This document shows positions 9,786 through 20,090 of a stretch of 64,000 nucleotides of DNA, in pieces. Location of the stretch: assembly GCA_041697335.1 (NCBI GenBank), contig JBGUGD010000038.1:93971-157970 (forward strand). The letters are read 5' to 3'. The notes under the pieces were generated by a model. The model worked only from the letters and a program-made list of their open reading frames with translations, made no database searches and had not been told where the DNA came from. The stretch is from Vampirovibrionaceae bacterium NZW_1234. GTDB taxonomy: Bacteria; Cyanobacteriota; Vampirovibrionia; Vampirovibrionales; JAGQHJ01. Position 1 is the first letter of the stretch; every line of letters starts with the position of its first letter. The translations under genes and the position numbers were made by a program.

Positions 9786-10070
9786 TTAGCCTGCAATTTT
9801 TTTAAGGGGTTTGTGCGTTTTGCCAGCGACATAGAGATCATAATTCGTCTGGAGGTTCATCCACATCTCTGGGCCGGTTCCAAATGCATCTCCCAACTTG
9901 AAGGCCATTTCCGGGCTGACGGAGCGCTTTCCATTAATAATTTCATTTAAGCCGTTACGGGCAATACCCAAATACTGGGCAAGCTGGGTTTGGGTTAACC
10001 CCAAGGGGCCCATATATAATTCTTTCAAGATTTCGCCAGGATGAGTAGGTTGTCTGTTTGTGGGCAACAT
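9786..10070 (-). CDS. higA: HigA-family antitoxin (XRE HTH)
   Basis: PTHPGEIL...LTQTQLA...WMNLQTNYDL. Confidence 0.92.
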   Translation of the reverse strand: MLPTNRQPTHPGEILKELYMGPLGLTQTQLAQYLGIARNGLNEIINGKRSVSPEMAFKLGDAFGTGPEMWMNLQTNYDLYVAGKTHKPLKKIAG

Positions 10071-10085
10071 AATCGAAAGCTCCTT

Positions 10086-10376
10086 TCAATGATAATCTGT
10101 GATTTGGACATCATACGCGTGTCCGTTCTCAAATCTGAAGATAATGCGGTATTGATCATTCACGCTGACAGACCAAAAATCGTTTAAATCGCCCGACAAC
10201 TTATGCAGCCGTGTCCCTGGCGGTGTTCCCATGGCGTTGGCATCAATCACGGCATTCAGTTGATCCAGCATTAACCGGGCTCGACGGTGCAACTGAGAAG
10301 GAATTTTTCGGGCAGATTTTGTGTTTCTGCCCTGAAAGATATCTTCCGTGGTGTCGTCGCGAAATGAGTGAATCAT
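10086..10376 (-). CDS. higB: HigB-family (RelE/ParE superfamily) toxin
   Basis: MIHSFRD...PPGTRLHKLSG...WSVSVNDQYRIIFRF...DYH; toxin gene precedes antitoxin. Confidence 0.92.
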   Translation of the reverse strand: MIHSFRDDTTEDIFQGRNTKSARKIPSQLHRRARLMLDQLNAVIDANAMGTPPGTRLHKLSGDLNDFWSVSVNDQYRIIFRFENGHAYDVQITDYH

Positions 10377-10382
10377 GCCTTT

Positions 10383-10411
10383 ATTGTAGCGCGTAGCGTC
10401 ATAAATTACAA
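10383..10411 (-). promoter_or_regulatory. higBA promoter (probably leaderless) with flanking inverted repeat
   Basis: TTGTAA-N17-TACAAT, 6 nt before the ATG; ATTGTA...TACAAT inverted repeat. Confidence 0.6.
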
Positions 10412-10488
10412 TCCGGGGATAGAAAGTAAACACACGCCATTGCCCTTCCGATGCCGGAAGGAACATGGTCTAGAACGACGCCTGAAGA

Positions 10489-11274
10489 TTAAAAATTCTG
10501 AGAAAACTCTTTGAGCAGGACCGGGATATCTTGATTTGGATTGACTTTCAGGTCCGTGGAAATCATATCGGCCTTGTAGCGATGGTTGGGCAGCATGGCC
10601 ACTTCGCGAATAAAGGTGCGGGCCGAATCCACGGGAACGGCAAATCCAATGCCGATGTTCGTGCGTTTACCTTCGGGGTTGAAAATGGATTGGTTGATCC
10701 CGATGATTTCCCCGTCGGTATTCAGCAAGGGTCCGCCGGAATTGCCGGGATTGATCGAGGCATCGGTTTGAATGCGGTTACGCTGGCGATCGATGCGGCT
10801 GATAATGCCCAGGGTCAGCGTCCGATCAAAGCCGTAGGGATTGCCGATGGCCAGGACCTTTTGGCCCACTTTAATGTTTTCCGACCGGCCCAGGCGTACA
10901 TAGGGCATGGGCCGATCGGTTTTCAACTTTAAAATGGCCAGGTCTGATTTTTGACCAATACGTGCCAGCACCGTCGCTGGATACTCTTCTCCGGACTCTA
11001 ACGCCACCATGGCCTTTTGGGCATCGCCAATCACATGGCTGGACGTCAGAAGAATGCCGCTGGGATCGATAATGACGGCGGCCCCCTGGGAGGGTCCGTC
11101 GTCCATTTCAACGGTCAGCGTCACCACGGCCGGAGCGGCTTTTTCATACACAGAAATATTATTCACCTCTTCGCTGTCCAATGCGTTGACGGGACAGACG
11201 AACAGAAAGAGTAATGTTGTCAGAACCAACAAAAACCCTAACCATCTCTGCTGAGGATGCCATGAACGGTGCAT
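10489..11274 (-). CDS. Trypsin-like (HtrA/S1C) serine protease without an evident PDZ domain
   Basis: Signal peptide; TSSHVI, SDLAIL, IGNPYG, QTDASINPGNSGGPL. Confidence 0.9.
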   Translation of the reverse strand: MHRSWHPQQRWLGFLLVLTTLLFLFVCPVNALDSEEVNNISVYEKAAPAVVTLTVEMDDGPSQGAAVIIDPSGILLTSSHVIGDAQKAMVALESGEEYPATVLARIGQKSDLAILKLKTDRPMPYVRLGRSENIKVGQKVLAIGNPYGFDRTLTLGIISRIDRQRNRIQTDASINPGNSGGPLLNTDGEIIGINQSIFNPEGKRTNIGIGFAVPVDSARTFIREVAMLPNHRYKADMISTDLKVNPNQDIPVLLKEFSQNF

Positions 11275-11678
11275 GGATTTGAAATTATCCCTTCTAATGA
11301 TTGGCCGGAAAAACAAGAGAGTTTCTCTACTATGGTTAACATAAGTCCGGTGAAGAAAGAAGATTTCCCCTAAAACTGTTGCAATTTGTAAAACTTGGGA
11401 TCGCACTCAAAAATCCGGCTTTCATGCACAGGGGGCATGCTTGGGGGAATAGGTCAAAAAATCATATATTAAGTTTTTTAATGACTACACAAAAAAATGA
11501 TTCAACAAAATTGAGAATATGTTACTATTGTTAAAGTCTAACCATTCCTTTCTTTCTTACGTTTTGAGCGGCTCTGGGATTATCGTCTGGCCGCTTTTTC
11601 TCTGTCTTGGGGAAAACACGTTAAGCCCCGGTCATGCACACGACATGCCCGAGGTTCCACTGAGGTCAGACTCCGGTG

Positions 11679-12209
11679 TTATAATTCTTCTTTTTTCGCC
11701 ATCACGTCGGCCAGCATCTGGGCCTCGATGAGATACTTCACCGTCGACAGCAATGTTTTCGGCTTAAAATCGGAGACCACCAGCAGATTGCGATACCAGG
11801 CAAAACAGCTGTCAGGGCGTTGCCGTTCGGCATCCATCTGCATTTTCTGGCGCAAAAACTCAGGTGTGGCCAAAGTTGCGGCATATTTTTCCGGCTTGGT
11901 TCTGCCCGGTTTTGCGACACTCACCTGCAATGTGGCTTCATCACACACATCACCGGCAATATCCAGGGCCACCCTTGCCCCACGGACGGTCAACTCATCG
12001 TGATAACTGGAAGGATTCACAGGGCCCTGCTCTCTTTTCTGTTTCGGATCCGATTTCTCTTTTTCCACTCTATCTTTGTTGGGCTCCCAAGGCTCACCAT
12101 TGGGCTTCAAATGCCCCTGAAACAAAAGGGGCTTGGGTAAACGGCTTCTTGAAAAGCCTGCTGGTGCAGATAACGCATACGGATTGGAATACGGGCTGAT
12201 GACAACCAC
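11679..12209 (-). CDS. Hypothetical protein (N-terminal LFQG; C-terminus loosely Imm8-like)
   Basis: AAGGAG RBS before GTG; the domain resemblance is weak and from memory. Confidence 0.6.
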   Translation of the reverse strand: MVVISPYSNPYALSAPAGFSRSRLPKPLLFQGHLKPNGEPWEPNKDRVEKEKSDPKQKREQGPVNPSSYHDELTVRGARVALDIAGDVCDEATLQVSVAKPGRTKPEKYAATLATPEFLRQKMQMDAERQRPDSCFAWYRNLLVVSDFKPKTLLSTVKYLIEAQMLADVMAKKEEL

Positions 12210-12292
12210 GGTGCAACTCCTTCAGGAACACGCCACTCACACATGGCGATCGCTGACAATCTAAAGACGGTCAAAATATAAAATTGCGTGCA

Positions 12293-14140
12293 CTACAGAA
12301 TATTAAAAACGTCGGTTTCATCACTTTTATCATAAAAGGCCCGAATCGTCCCGTTCAAGGGAATCGCCATATCCACATAATATTGCGGGGTTGAGGCATA
12401 GGTAGCACTGGAGAGCTGAGGTTGCCCTTGCAGCAAGGCATTGTATCGCGGCTGACGACGAATCGTGTCCAGGGTGGTTTGGTTCATCACCACCCGCACC
12501 GTCTGGGTGGGACCGGACCACGAGGGATCGATAATGACCCGCTCGCCACCACGATGACGCAACTCCAAGCGAATAGAGCCGCTTTTGGACTTGGCCACAC
12601 GGGTTTCAATCTGACCCGCCCCTTGCCCGGAAGCGCCGTTTAAATGATCGGCCACCATGGTCTCAAGTCGCTGAGCCGATGTGGATCGAACCCGCGCCTC
12701 AATGGCCTTCAACGTATCATGATGGACTTCCACATGTAAAAATCCATTGGTGGTCAAATTCCGCCGCATAAAAAGACATTCGCGAGCGGCCGAATACCAC
12801 GGCTGTGTGTGGAGGTTCAGTTTTAATTTCTGGCTGATGCTGGCCAGCTTTTCAAAATCCGCCCGCATTTGGACATGATGTTGAAGCTGGGTCTGGGACT
12901 GAAGACTGATGTCGGTCAGGCGCTGACGAAAGCGATCCCGGACAAGATCTTGAAACGGGCCGGCCAGGTCTGCCTGGGCCGCAAATTTTTCAATCGCCTT
13001 TTCAACCAGCGCCACGTGGTTGTTGAGCTTGGAGGAACTGATCAGGATACCCGCGTTATTGTGCAACGAACTCCCGGTCAGGTTCTGCATGATGGTGTTA
13101 AACGGGCGCGAGGCCTTCACGATCCGCATAATATCTGCCGCAGGCAAGTGGGGTGTCGTGGGTCCCGCCGGTATATTACGATGATCCTGAACGGCTTGGG
13201 CCAGTTGGTCTATGCTTGTTGCCGCCCGAAGCGTCGAAATCGCAGCCTGCCGATGCTCTAGGCGTTGGGCTCGACGCAGATGGAGCTGCCCCACCTCAGC
13301 ATCATTTGGTCCCTGCTCTGAAGCGGGCCGATTTTGGAAGTAGTACTGAAGCGCCTGATGCTCGGCAATGCGAGCTTCATTCTCCAGGGGGTCATTCTCA
13401 TAGTTAAAGCGGGCATCGTCCAATGCTGTTCTGGCGTTGATTAAATCCTGCTGCACTTGGGGCGAATTACTGCCGGTGGTGGCGAACTCGCTATCGGCCG
13501 CTTGCGATGCGGCCATAAATTGCTGGGTGGCTTCCTGAAACGCCTGATCCGCACTTCGGTAGGCTTCCACCCGCGCCCGATAGCCGGGCTCATTGTTTTG
13601 AGCCCGTAAGATGGCATCGGCATGGTGCAATTCATGGGCCAGCTCATTAATACGAACAGAATTTCTGGTATTTCTGGGCAGCCCGATCTCGATTTGATCC
13701 GGCCCCACTTCACGTGTGAAGGCTGTTTCATGACTGCTCAAGAGACGGATGGCGACTTTTCCGTCCATTTCCGGACGAAATCCATAGGGAGCCAATTGGT
13801 CGTATTGAACTTGCCCCCGACCATTCACAATGGCAATACTGTGGGTAGACTCACATCCGGTCCGAACCCGGTGCAAATCGGCGCTTGCCGATTCCTGAGG
13901 TTTCTGGGCACCGGAAACAACGGCTTGCACTAACCCTGAGAGCCCTTGAACCAGGTTCCCGAGCGGGCCGGTCAACGCGGGCTTGGGCGACTCCGGAGAT
14001 TGAGGGTTTTGGGCTTTTGTAGACAGCTCCACCTGATCCCCTTCGGCCCCGAAACGCATGGACATGGATGCCGCTGGGGTAAAGGCATGCGGGCGAACCT
14101 GAGAAACTTGCTGACGACTCTCCAAAGACAATGGACGCAT
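12293..14140 (-). CDS. Hypothetical protein with HExxH zincin-like motif and N-terminal MRFG
   Basis: ELAHELHHA plus downstream DPLENEA; GAGG RBS. Confidence 0.75.
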   Translation of the reverse strand: MRPLSLESRQQVSQVRPHAFTPAASMSMRFGAEGDQVELSTKAQNPQSPESPKPALTGPLGNLVQGLSGLVQAVVSGAQKPQESASADLHRVRTGCESTHSIAIVNGRGQVQYDQLAPYGFRPEMDGKVAIRLLSSHETAFTREVGPDQIEIGLPRNTRNSVRINELAHELHHADAILRAQNNEPGYRARVEAYRSADQAFQEATQQFMAASQAADSEFATTGSNSPQVQQDLINARTALDDARFNYENDPLENEARIAEHQALQYYFQNRPASEQGPNDAEVGQLHLRRAQRLEHRQAAISTLRAATSIDQLAQAVQDHRNIPAGPTTPHLPAADIMRIVKASRPFNTIMQNLTGSSLHNNAGILISSSKLNNHVALVEKAIEKFAAQADLAGPFQDLVRDRFRQRLTDISLQSQTQLQHHVQMRADFEKLASISQKLKLNLHTQPWYSAARECLFMRRNLTTNGFLHVEVHHDTLKAIEARVRSTSAQRLETMVADHLNGASGQGAGQIETRVAKSKSGSIRLELRHRGGERVIIDPSWSGPTQTVRVVMNQTTLDTIRRQPRYNALLQGQPQLSSATYASTPQYYVDMAIPLNGTIRAFYDKSDETDVFNIL

Positions 14141-14297
14141 AATCTGGGACCCTCACTTCACATCTGGCGATACGTAGACAAACTGGCAACAACACGTGGT
14201 CTGTGATCAACGAATGATGAAGTAAGACCCCTCAAGGCCCGTTGATGCTAGTGTGTTAACCTGTGTAACAATTGGATCCCCAGTGCCAGCTCCCCGC

Positions 14298-14421
14298 CGC
14301 TGGCCACGCCTGCTTTGAAGGGGTCAGATGCGAGGCGAGAGGAGCAGAGGGAAGGAGCGTATCTGAAATACGTGACTGACCGAGCACCGCATCAACGACG
14401 CCGATGGCCTTTCTTCAGAGC
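14298..14421. mobile_element. MITE-like palindromic element, copy 1 (right end truncated)
   Basis: Near-identical to 14444-14564. Confidence 0.7.
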
Positions 14422-14441
14422 CCTCCTCGCGCTCACCACGT

Positions 14442-14581
14442 GTCGCTGGCCACGCCTGCTTTGAAGGGGGCAGATGCGAGGCGAGAGGAGCACAGGGAAG
14501 GAGCGTATCTAAAATACGTGACTGACCGAGCACCGCATCAACGACGCAGATGGCCCCTTCAGAGCAGGCATGGCCAGCGAC
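14442..14581. mobile_element. MITE-like palindromic element, copy 2 (complete)
   Basis: About 28-bp terminal inverted repeats GTCGCTGGCCACGCCTGCTTTGAAGGGG / CCCCTTCAGAGCAGGCATGGCCAGCGAC; central GCGTAT..ATACGTGA core. Confidence 0.75.
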
Positions 14582-16452
14582 TAGGCTTCCATGAGGTTTT
14601 TGTCGTCTATCAATCCAGAATCGTAATCCGCGCCATCGGCAAGAAGCCCCCCAGGAATCAGCGGCAGGCGGAACCCGAAGACACTGCCTTTATTCACCTG
14701 GCTACGCACAAACACCGTGCCATGATGATGCTCTTCAATGGCAATCTTCACCAAGTGCAGCCCCAATCCGGTGCCCTTAACCGTATGAACCTTGGTTTCA
14801 ACCCGGTAAAACCGATCCCAGATACGGGCCAAATGCTCTTCCGGAATTCCCACGCCGGTGTCTTCCACCGACACTTCCAATTCCTTGCCGTTGTCCACGA
14901 TTTCGGCCCGAACTTTCACCCGCCCGCCTTCCGGGGTGTATTTAATGGCGTTGCCTAACAGGTTGCGCAAGACCCGCTCAATGCTGTCGCTGTTCATATA
15001 GACCTTGGGCAGATTCGATTCGAGGGCCGTGGAGATAATCAGCTGCTTCTGCTCGGCCAGAACCTTGATGGATTGAACCGTCAGGTTAATGAGCGGCGTC
15101 ATATCCTGATAATCCATTTCCATTTTGTATTCCGGCGCTTCCAGACGGGAGAAGTCCAGAATATCGTTGACCATCTTCTTCAATCGGTCGGTCTCGATGT
15201 TCAGGGTCTGCATGAATTCGTTGTAGGTTTCACTGTCCAGCTCATCGCCGTGGTTCACAATGGTATCCACATAGCTCTTGATGGTGGTGACCGGGGTTCG
15301 CAATTCGTGGGACACATTGGAAATGAACTGGGTTTTCATCTTGTCGATTTCCATTTCCCGGGTGATATCGCGCATAATCATGACGTAACCCAGCGACAAG
15401 CCCTCGGTATCTTTAATGGAGGAGATAATCAGGCGCAAGGTCCGGCTCCCGATTTCCACAGAGCGGGTAAAGGTCTCCGGCTCCCCTTCCTGCAAGGCCT
15501 TTTTAAAGTCGGCAATCACCGCCTCAAAGGGATGTTCCCCGTCATCGGTGGTGTACTCGGTAATGGGGGTTCCCAGCAAGACTTCGCTGTTTTTAATATC
15601 GAGCATGTCACAGGCGGATTCGTTGATGATGACGGCCTCGGCATCGTTATCCGCCACCAGGACCCCGTCGGTAATACTGAGCAAAATGGCTTCCAGTTTG
15701 TTGCGTTCAAAGGTCAGGGTATCGATGTTCTGATCTTCATAAACCCGCAACCGGGTCGACATATCGTTAAAGGACTCGGCCAGGTGCTTGAGTTCGCCCC
15801 AAAGCTCATCAGAGGGGATACGATAGCCAAAATCGCCGGTCGATAGGCGTTTCACCCCCCGAACCAACGTCCGAAGGTGCTTGCTTAAAATCCAGGTAAT
15901 CCCTACCACGGCAATACTGGAAATGATCCAGGCACTTAAAAAAGCCACAATCAAGGTCAATTGGCTGGCCGAATTCAGGCGATTCTTGCTCTTGGAGGTA
16001 AGCCCGATATGGACAGAGCCCATCAGCGGCTCATTGGGGTTATGATTCGGGTGAAGCTTGGTCACCTGGTGAAACAGATTCCTGTCCTTCAGGCGGGCCT
16101 TGACCTCGCTCCGGTAGAGCACTCGCCCTGTCCCATCCTGGAACTCGATATAGGCGATGTCCGGGTGTGAGCGAATAATTTTATCAATGAACTGATGGAC
16201 TTCTTCCGGGGGCTGGGCATTCTGAATTTCGGCCGCCCCGGCCAGGGAGATGGCCGTGGTCAAGGAGTGGACCGTCTCTTCATAGGAACGCTCCAGGGCA
16301 TTGTCAAAATGCCGGTAAATAAAGAAACATACAATGGCCAGTGTCACCGTACTGAGCAACAGACCAAAGATCAAAATCCGGTTTTCCGAAGTGAAAAACT
16401 GGGGTTTTGCAGAAATAAAGTATTTGGTTTCAGACAAGGGGAGCTGGGACAT
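14581..16452 (-). CDS. Sensor histidine kinase (2 TM-HAMP-PAS-HisKA-HATPase), NblS/Hik33/WalK-like
   Basis: NVSHELRTP, NLLGNAIKYT, DTGVGIP, GTGLGL. Confidence 0.92.
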   Translation of the reverse strand: MSQLPLSETKYFISAKPQFFTSENRILIFGLLLSTVTLAIVCFFIYRHFDNALERSYEETVHSLTTAISLAGAAEIQNAQPPEEVHQFIDKIIRSHPDIAYIEFQDGTGRVLYRSEVKARLKDRNLFHQVTKLHPNHNPNEPLMGSVHIGLTSKSKNRLNSASQLTLIVAFLSAWIISSIAVVGITWILSKHLRTLVRGVKRLSTGDFGYRIPSDELWGELKHLAESFNDMSTRLRVYEDQNIDTLTFERNKLEAILLSITDGVLVADNDAEAVIINESACDMLDIKNSEVLLGTPITEYTTDDGEHPFEAVIADFKKALQEGEPETFTRSVEIGSRTLRLIISSIKDTEGLSLGYVMIMRDITREMEIDKMKTQFISNVSHELRTPVTTIKSYVDTIVNHGDELDSETYNEFMQTLNIETDRLKKMVNDILDFSRLEAPEYKMEMDYQDMTPLINLTVQSIKVLAEQKQLIISTALESNLPKVYMNSDSIERVLRNLLGNAIKYTPEGGRVKVRAEIVDNGKELEVSVEDTGVGIPEEHLARIWDRFYRVETKVHTVKGTGLGLHLVKIAIEEHHHGTVFVRSQVNKGSVFGFRLPLIPGGLLADGADYDSGLIDDKNLMEA

Positions 16453-16542
16453 GAAAAGCGACTACTCTCAGGACTATCCACTTACCATTGTATCGGATCT
16501 CAGCGGACTTTACCTGATTTAAACTCAAACGGGGGGAAAAGT

Positions 16543-18546
16543 TCAATCAATCAACTTACCTTGTAGTAGTTCCTTGGTGTAAATTTTAGCCTGCTGCGTA
16601 TCAAAGTCATCCACGTCCGGCGACGATACCGGCTCAGCAGCCACCAGGGCCGGTGAGGGTGGGGTTACAGGCTCCGAAGGCCCCGCCGAAATGGCCGGTT
16701 CATCAAAGCGCGGGGTGGCTTGGGTGGCCAAAGAGGCCATGGTTTCAGATACCGAAGGCTCAACTGAAGGGGCCGTCATGGCAGGCTGGGGAACCGGTTC
16801 CGAGGGTTCAACCGGAGGCAAGGGCATCGCAGGCGGGGCACTCATATTCATGGCTGGTGACGTTGCCACCGGCGCAGGAGCCGCCCCCTGTTGGAAGTGA
16901 AAGCGCACGGATTGCCCCGTCACAGCCAGGAAAGCTTGCTCCAGATGCTTGGCCCGATCCGGGGTTTTCTTGAACATCTCGTAAATGGCTTCCGTGGAAT
17001 AACTCAAGGTGGCGATACCGTTTTCAAAGGAGACCAGCCGGAAATGCTCATTAATAATGGTGCGTGACGGCAGACTCTTAATGGCGGCCAAGACCTGGGG
17101 CCAGATTTGAGCGACATCGCTACCACCGGCCAGTGCGGGCGAAAAAGCGGTCGCTTGCGGGGGCGTCTCTTGGGGTGGCATCGGTTTTTCCGGCATCGGG
17201 GCAGGTGTCTGCTGCTGGGTCGGCGGGGCCTCGGTTGGCCGTTGCAACTGTGCCGACGGCGGCACGGAAGGTGACACCGGGGGTGTTGTCATCGCAGGTT
17301 GAGGAACCGGTGAGGCCGGACGACTGGCGGCCTGAGATCGTTGAGGAGACGGAGACGCCATGGGCATGGCACCGCCCTGAAGGGCTTGCTCCAAAGCCTC
17401 CACCCGAGCCGCCAGGGACTTGACCAGATGAATTTCCTGGCGATAACACAAGTCCAACAACCCCACTTCAAACCAGAGCTGGGGCTGATGGCTGTGGCGC
17501 AACTGGGACTCCATCGTGGAGAGTCGCATTAGCATCTGGGGGATTTCTTCGACTTCAAAACCTTGGGCCTGTTGGCACAGCTTGGCGTAAAAATCGGGGG
17601 TCAGATCCAGCTGATCGGCATCGGCGCTGGGGCCGCAGGATTTGGCCAAAAGCAGGTTGCGAAAATGCTGGGTCAGTTCCTTGACCATCTGCACCGGTTC
17701 AATGCCCCGCTCCTGCAAATAGCGAATCTGCTGCAAGATTGCGTGAGGGTCCTTGTCCTGGATGCCCTGGGTCATATTCCACAGGATGTCCTCTTCCAGC
17801 ATCCCGATAAAGGCCCGCACCGTCTCCGGGGTAATGGCCTGGTTGCTTTCAGCCTTGCCCAGGACCGAGACCTGATCCAGAAGGCCCAAGGCATCGCGAA
17901 GCCCGCCTCGCACATGGCGGCCGATCAAGGCAACGGCTTCCGGCGTAATCTGGATGCCTTCTTTTTCGGCCACATAGCTTACCCGGCTTTCGATCTGGGT
18001 GCGGGTAATGCGGGCGAAATCGAAGCGTTGGCACCGGCTGATAATGGTCTGCAAGACCTTGTGGGGTTCGGTCGTGGCAAAGATAAAGACCACGTTTGGC
18101 GGGGGCTCTTCCAGGGTTTTCAGCAGGGCGTTAAAGGCCGCGGTGGTGAGCATGTGGACTTCATCGATGATGTAAATCTTGTACTTGCCTTCCAGGGGGG
18201 AGAAGGCGACTTTGTCGGTCAAATCCCGAATATCGTCCACCCCGTTGTTGCTGGCGGCATCGATTTCGGTCACGTCCAGGGCATTGCCCTGGGTGATGGA
18301 GACGCAACTGGGGCAAACCTGGCAGGGGGTTACAGTGGGTCCTTCCTGGCAATTCAGGGACTTTGCCAAAATACGGGCACTGGAGGTTTTACCGGTACCT
18401 CTGGGGCCGCAGAACAAGTAGGCGTGAGAAATTTTTCCTTGCGTCAAGGCGTTTCCAAGAGCAGTGGCAACCACTTCCTGTCCCACCAAATCGCCCAAGG
18501 CCTGGGGGCGGTATTTGCGATAAAGCGGTATATAGGTTTCAATCAC
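16543..18546 (-). CDS. dnaX: DNA polymerase III subunit gamma/tau
   Basis: LYRKYRP, GPRGTGKTS, EIDAASN, IIDEVHML, SRC; Pro-rich linkers; start codon approximate. Confidence 0.96.
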   Translation of the reverse strand: MIETYIPLYRKYRPQALGDLVGQEVVATALGNALTQGKISHAYLFCGPRGTGKTSSARILAKSLNCQEGPTVTPCQVCPSCVSITQGNALDVTEIDAASNNGVDDIRDLTDKVAFSPLEGKYKIYIIDEVHMLTTAAFNALLKTLEEPPPNVVFIFATTEPHKVLQTIISRCQRFDFARITRTQIESRVSYVAEKEGIQITPEAVALIGRHVRGGLRDALGLLDQVSVLGKAESNQAITPETVRAFIGMLEEDILWNMTQGIQDKDPHAILQQIRYLQERGIEPVQMVKELTQHFRNLLLAKSCGPSADADQLDLTPDFYAKLCQQAQGFEVEEIPQMLMRLSTMESQLRHSHQPQLWFEVGLLDLCYRQEIHLVKSLAARVEALEQALQGGAMPMASPSPQRSQAASRPASPVPQPAMTTPPVSPSVPPSAQLQRPTEAPPTQQQTPAPMPEKPMPPQETPPQATAFSPALAGGSDVAQIWPQVLAAIKSLPSRTIINEHFRLVSFENGIATLSYSTEAIYEMFKKTPDRAKHLEQAFLAVTGQSVRFHFQQGAAPAPVATSPAMNMSAPPAMPLPPVEPSEPVPQPAMTAPSVEPSVSETMASLATQATPRFDEPAISAGPSEPVTPPSPALVAAEPVSSPDVDDFDTQQAKIYTKELLQGKLID

Positions 18547-18737
18547 GGCGTAACCATTCCCTTCCACAGATGAAAACGTGCCCTTAAGTGTACCACCTGG
18601 GCACCCTCAAGGCGATCTTGATTTTTAAATGCATGGGCATCCTCCAACGCCAAGGCCCGTTCAACACGACGTCTCTCTGGGAATGTTACGGTTTGTAAGC
18701 GGCTGTGACCCCAATCCTCGTTTTTTCGGAATTATTC

Positions 18738-18873
18738 GGACAAAAAATAAAAAACCCTCTTTGCAGAGGGAAATTTGTAAAGCGAAGAGATAAAGGGGAT
18801 TTATTACGAAGAGGGGAGATGATTTATATTTGTATAAAAACAATTTTTTAAGATTCGATGTTAGAGTGTTACC
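18738..18873 (-). repeat. 136-bp direct repeat, copy 1 (promoter motif + candidate sRNA + terminator)
   Basis: 18738-18825 is identical to 20509-20596; the remainder is diverged. Confidence 0.9.
18742..18825 (-). ncRNA. Candidate CU-rich small RNA, copy 1
   Basis: Follows the TTGTTTTTAT motif; ends in CCCTCT-GCAA-AGAGGG-TTTTTT. Confidence 0.55.
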
Positions 18874-19013
18874 GAATGTAACGCCCGCCCCGGAGCAAAA
18901 CAGCTTCTTTTTATAAGAAGGATGATCGCAAAAAACGGTGTGACAGAAACCCGAAAGCCTGTTAAGCTGGACCTAAACGAGCATCCAGAACAAGAGGGAA
19001 AACGGGTTCCGAG

Positions 19014-19997
19014 ATGGGCGAAAAAAAGAAAAATTCCTCCCCAAAACGAACCGCCCCTAAAAAGCGGGGTACCAAAACCAGTGCCTTTGGCACCTCGGGG
19101 CGCATCAATCACGATGCCTCGGAATTTTACGAGAGCAAACTCTATGAGCATCTCCAGATAAAAACCACCGCGCCGGGCGACGAATGCCCCTTGCCCGAGG
19201 AGGCCGTCAACCGGATTTACTGTGCCTCCAGCCAGCAGATGTCTCACCTGCCGGATAACTCGGTGCATCTGATGATTACCTCGCCCCCGTATAACGTTAA
19301 AAAAGAATATGACGACGATTTAACCCTGGACGATTACCGGGCCATGCTGCGGGCGGTTTTTGCCGAAACCTACCGGGTGCTGGTTCCCGGCGGGCGGGCC
19401 TGTATCAATGTGGCCAACCTGGGTCGAAAACCCTATATTCCGCTTCACAGCTACATTATTGACGATATGCACCAGCTGGGGTTTTTGATGCGGGGGGAAA
19501 TTATCTGGAATAAAGCCTCCAGCGCCAGCCCGTCGACCGCCTGGGGCAGCTGGAAATCGGCGGGGAATCCGGTGCTTCGGGATATTCATGAGTACATCCT
19601 GGTGTTCAGCAAAGACACGTTTACCCGCAAAAAAACCGGGCGTATCGATACCATTGGGCGGGACGAGTTTTTGGAGTGGACCAAAAGCGTCTGGACCTTT
19701 CCGGCGGTGTCGGCCAAGAGTATCGGGCATCCGGCCCCTTTTCCGGAAGAGTTGCCCCAGCGCCTGATTCAGCTGTATTCCTTTCAAGAGGATGTTGTGC
19801 TCGATCCCTTTAATGGCAGCGGCACCACGTGTGTGGCCGCCCTCAAGGCCGGTCGACGCTATGTGGGCTATGACGTTGATCCTGCCTATGTGGCCCTGGC
19901 CGAATCTCGTGTCGAGGCGGTTAAAGCCCAGATTGCCGAAGACGCCCCGTCCGAAAGCCAACCGGTGGAAGCCGCGCTGACCCCGCTGCCGGGCTAG
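19014..19997 (+). CDS. Orphan beta-class N4-cytosine/N6-adenine DNA methyltransferase
   Basis: TSPPY (motif IV) precedes HPAPFP and DPFNGSGTT (motif I); no adjacent endonuclease seen. Confidence 0.92.
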   Translation: MGEKKKNSSPKRTAPKKRGTKTSAFGTSGRINHDASEFYESKLYEHLQIKTTAPGDECPLPEEAVNRIYCASSQQMSHLPDNSVHLMITSPPYNVKKEYDDDLTLDDYRAMLRAVFAETYRVLVPGGRACINVANLGRKPYIPLHSYIIDDMHQLGFLMRGEIIWNKASSASPSTAWGSWKSAGNPVLRDIHEYILVFSKDTFTRKKTGRIDTIGRDEFLEWTKSVWTFPAVSAKSIGHPAPFPEELPQRLIQLYSFQEDVVLDPFNGSGTTCVAALKAGRRYVGYDVDPAYVALAESRVEAVKAQIAEDAPSESQPVEAALTPLPG

Positions 19998-20090
19998 TCT
20001 TTATAATAAGCGTTACATTAAAGCGAAACTGAACAGGGGCTATCACCTCGTTTCATGTTTCGGGTCATCCTGACCTGGGACAGGAGGGGT

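Noticed and set aside
14298..14581. Possible CRISPR array
   Set aside because: Only two long units, no spacers of regular length and no cas genes.
18570..18737. SRP RNA upstream of dnaX
   Set aside because: The conserved SRP domain IV sequence is not found.
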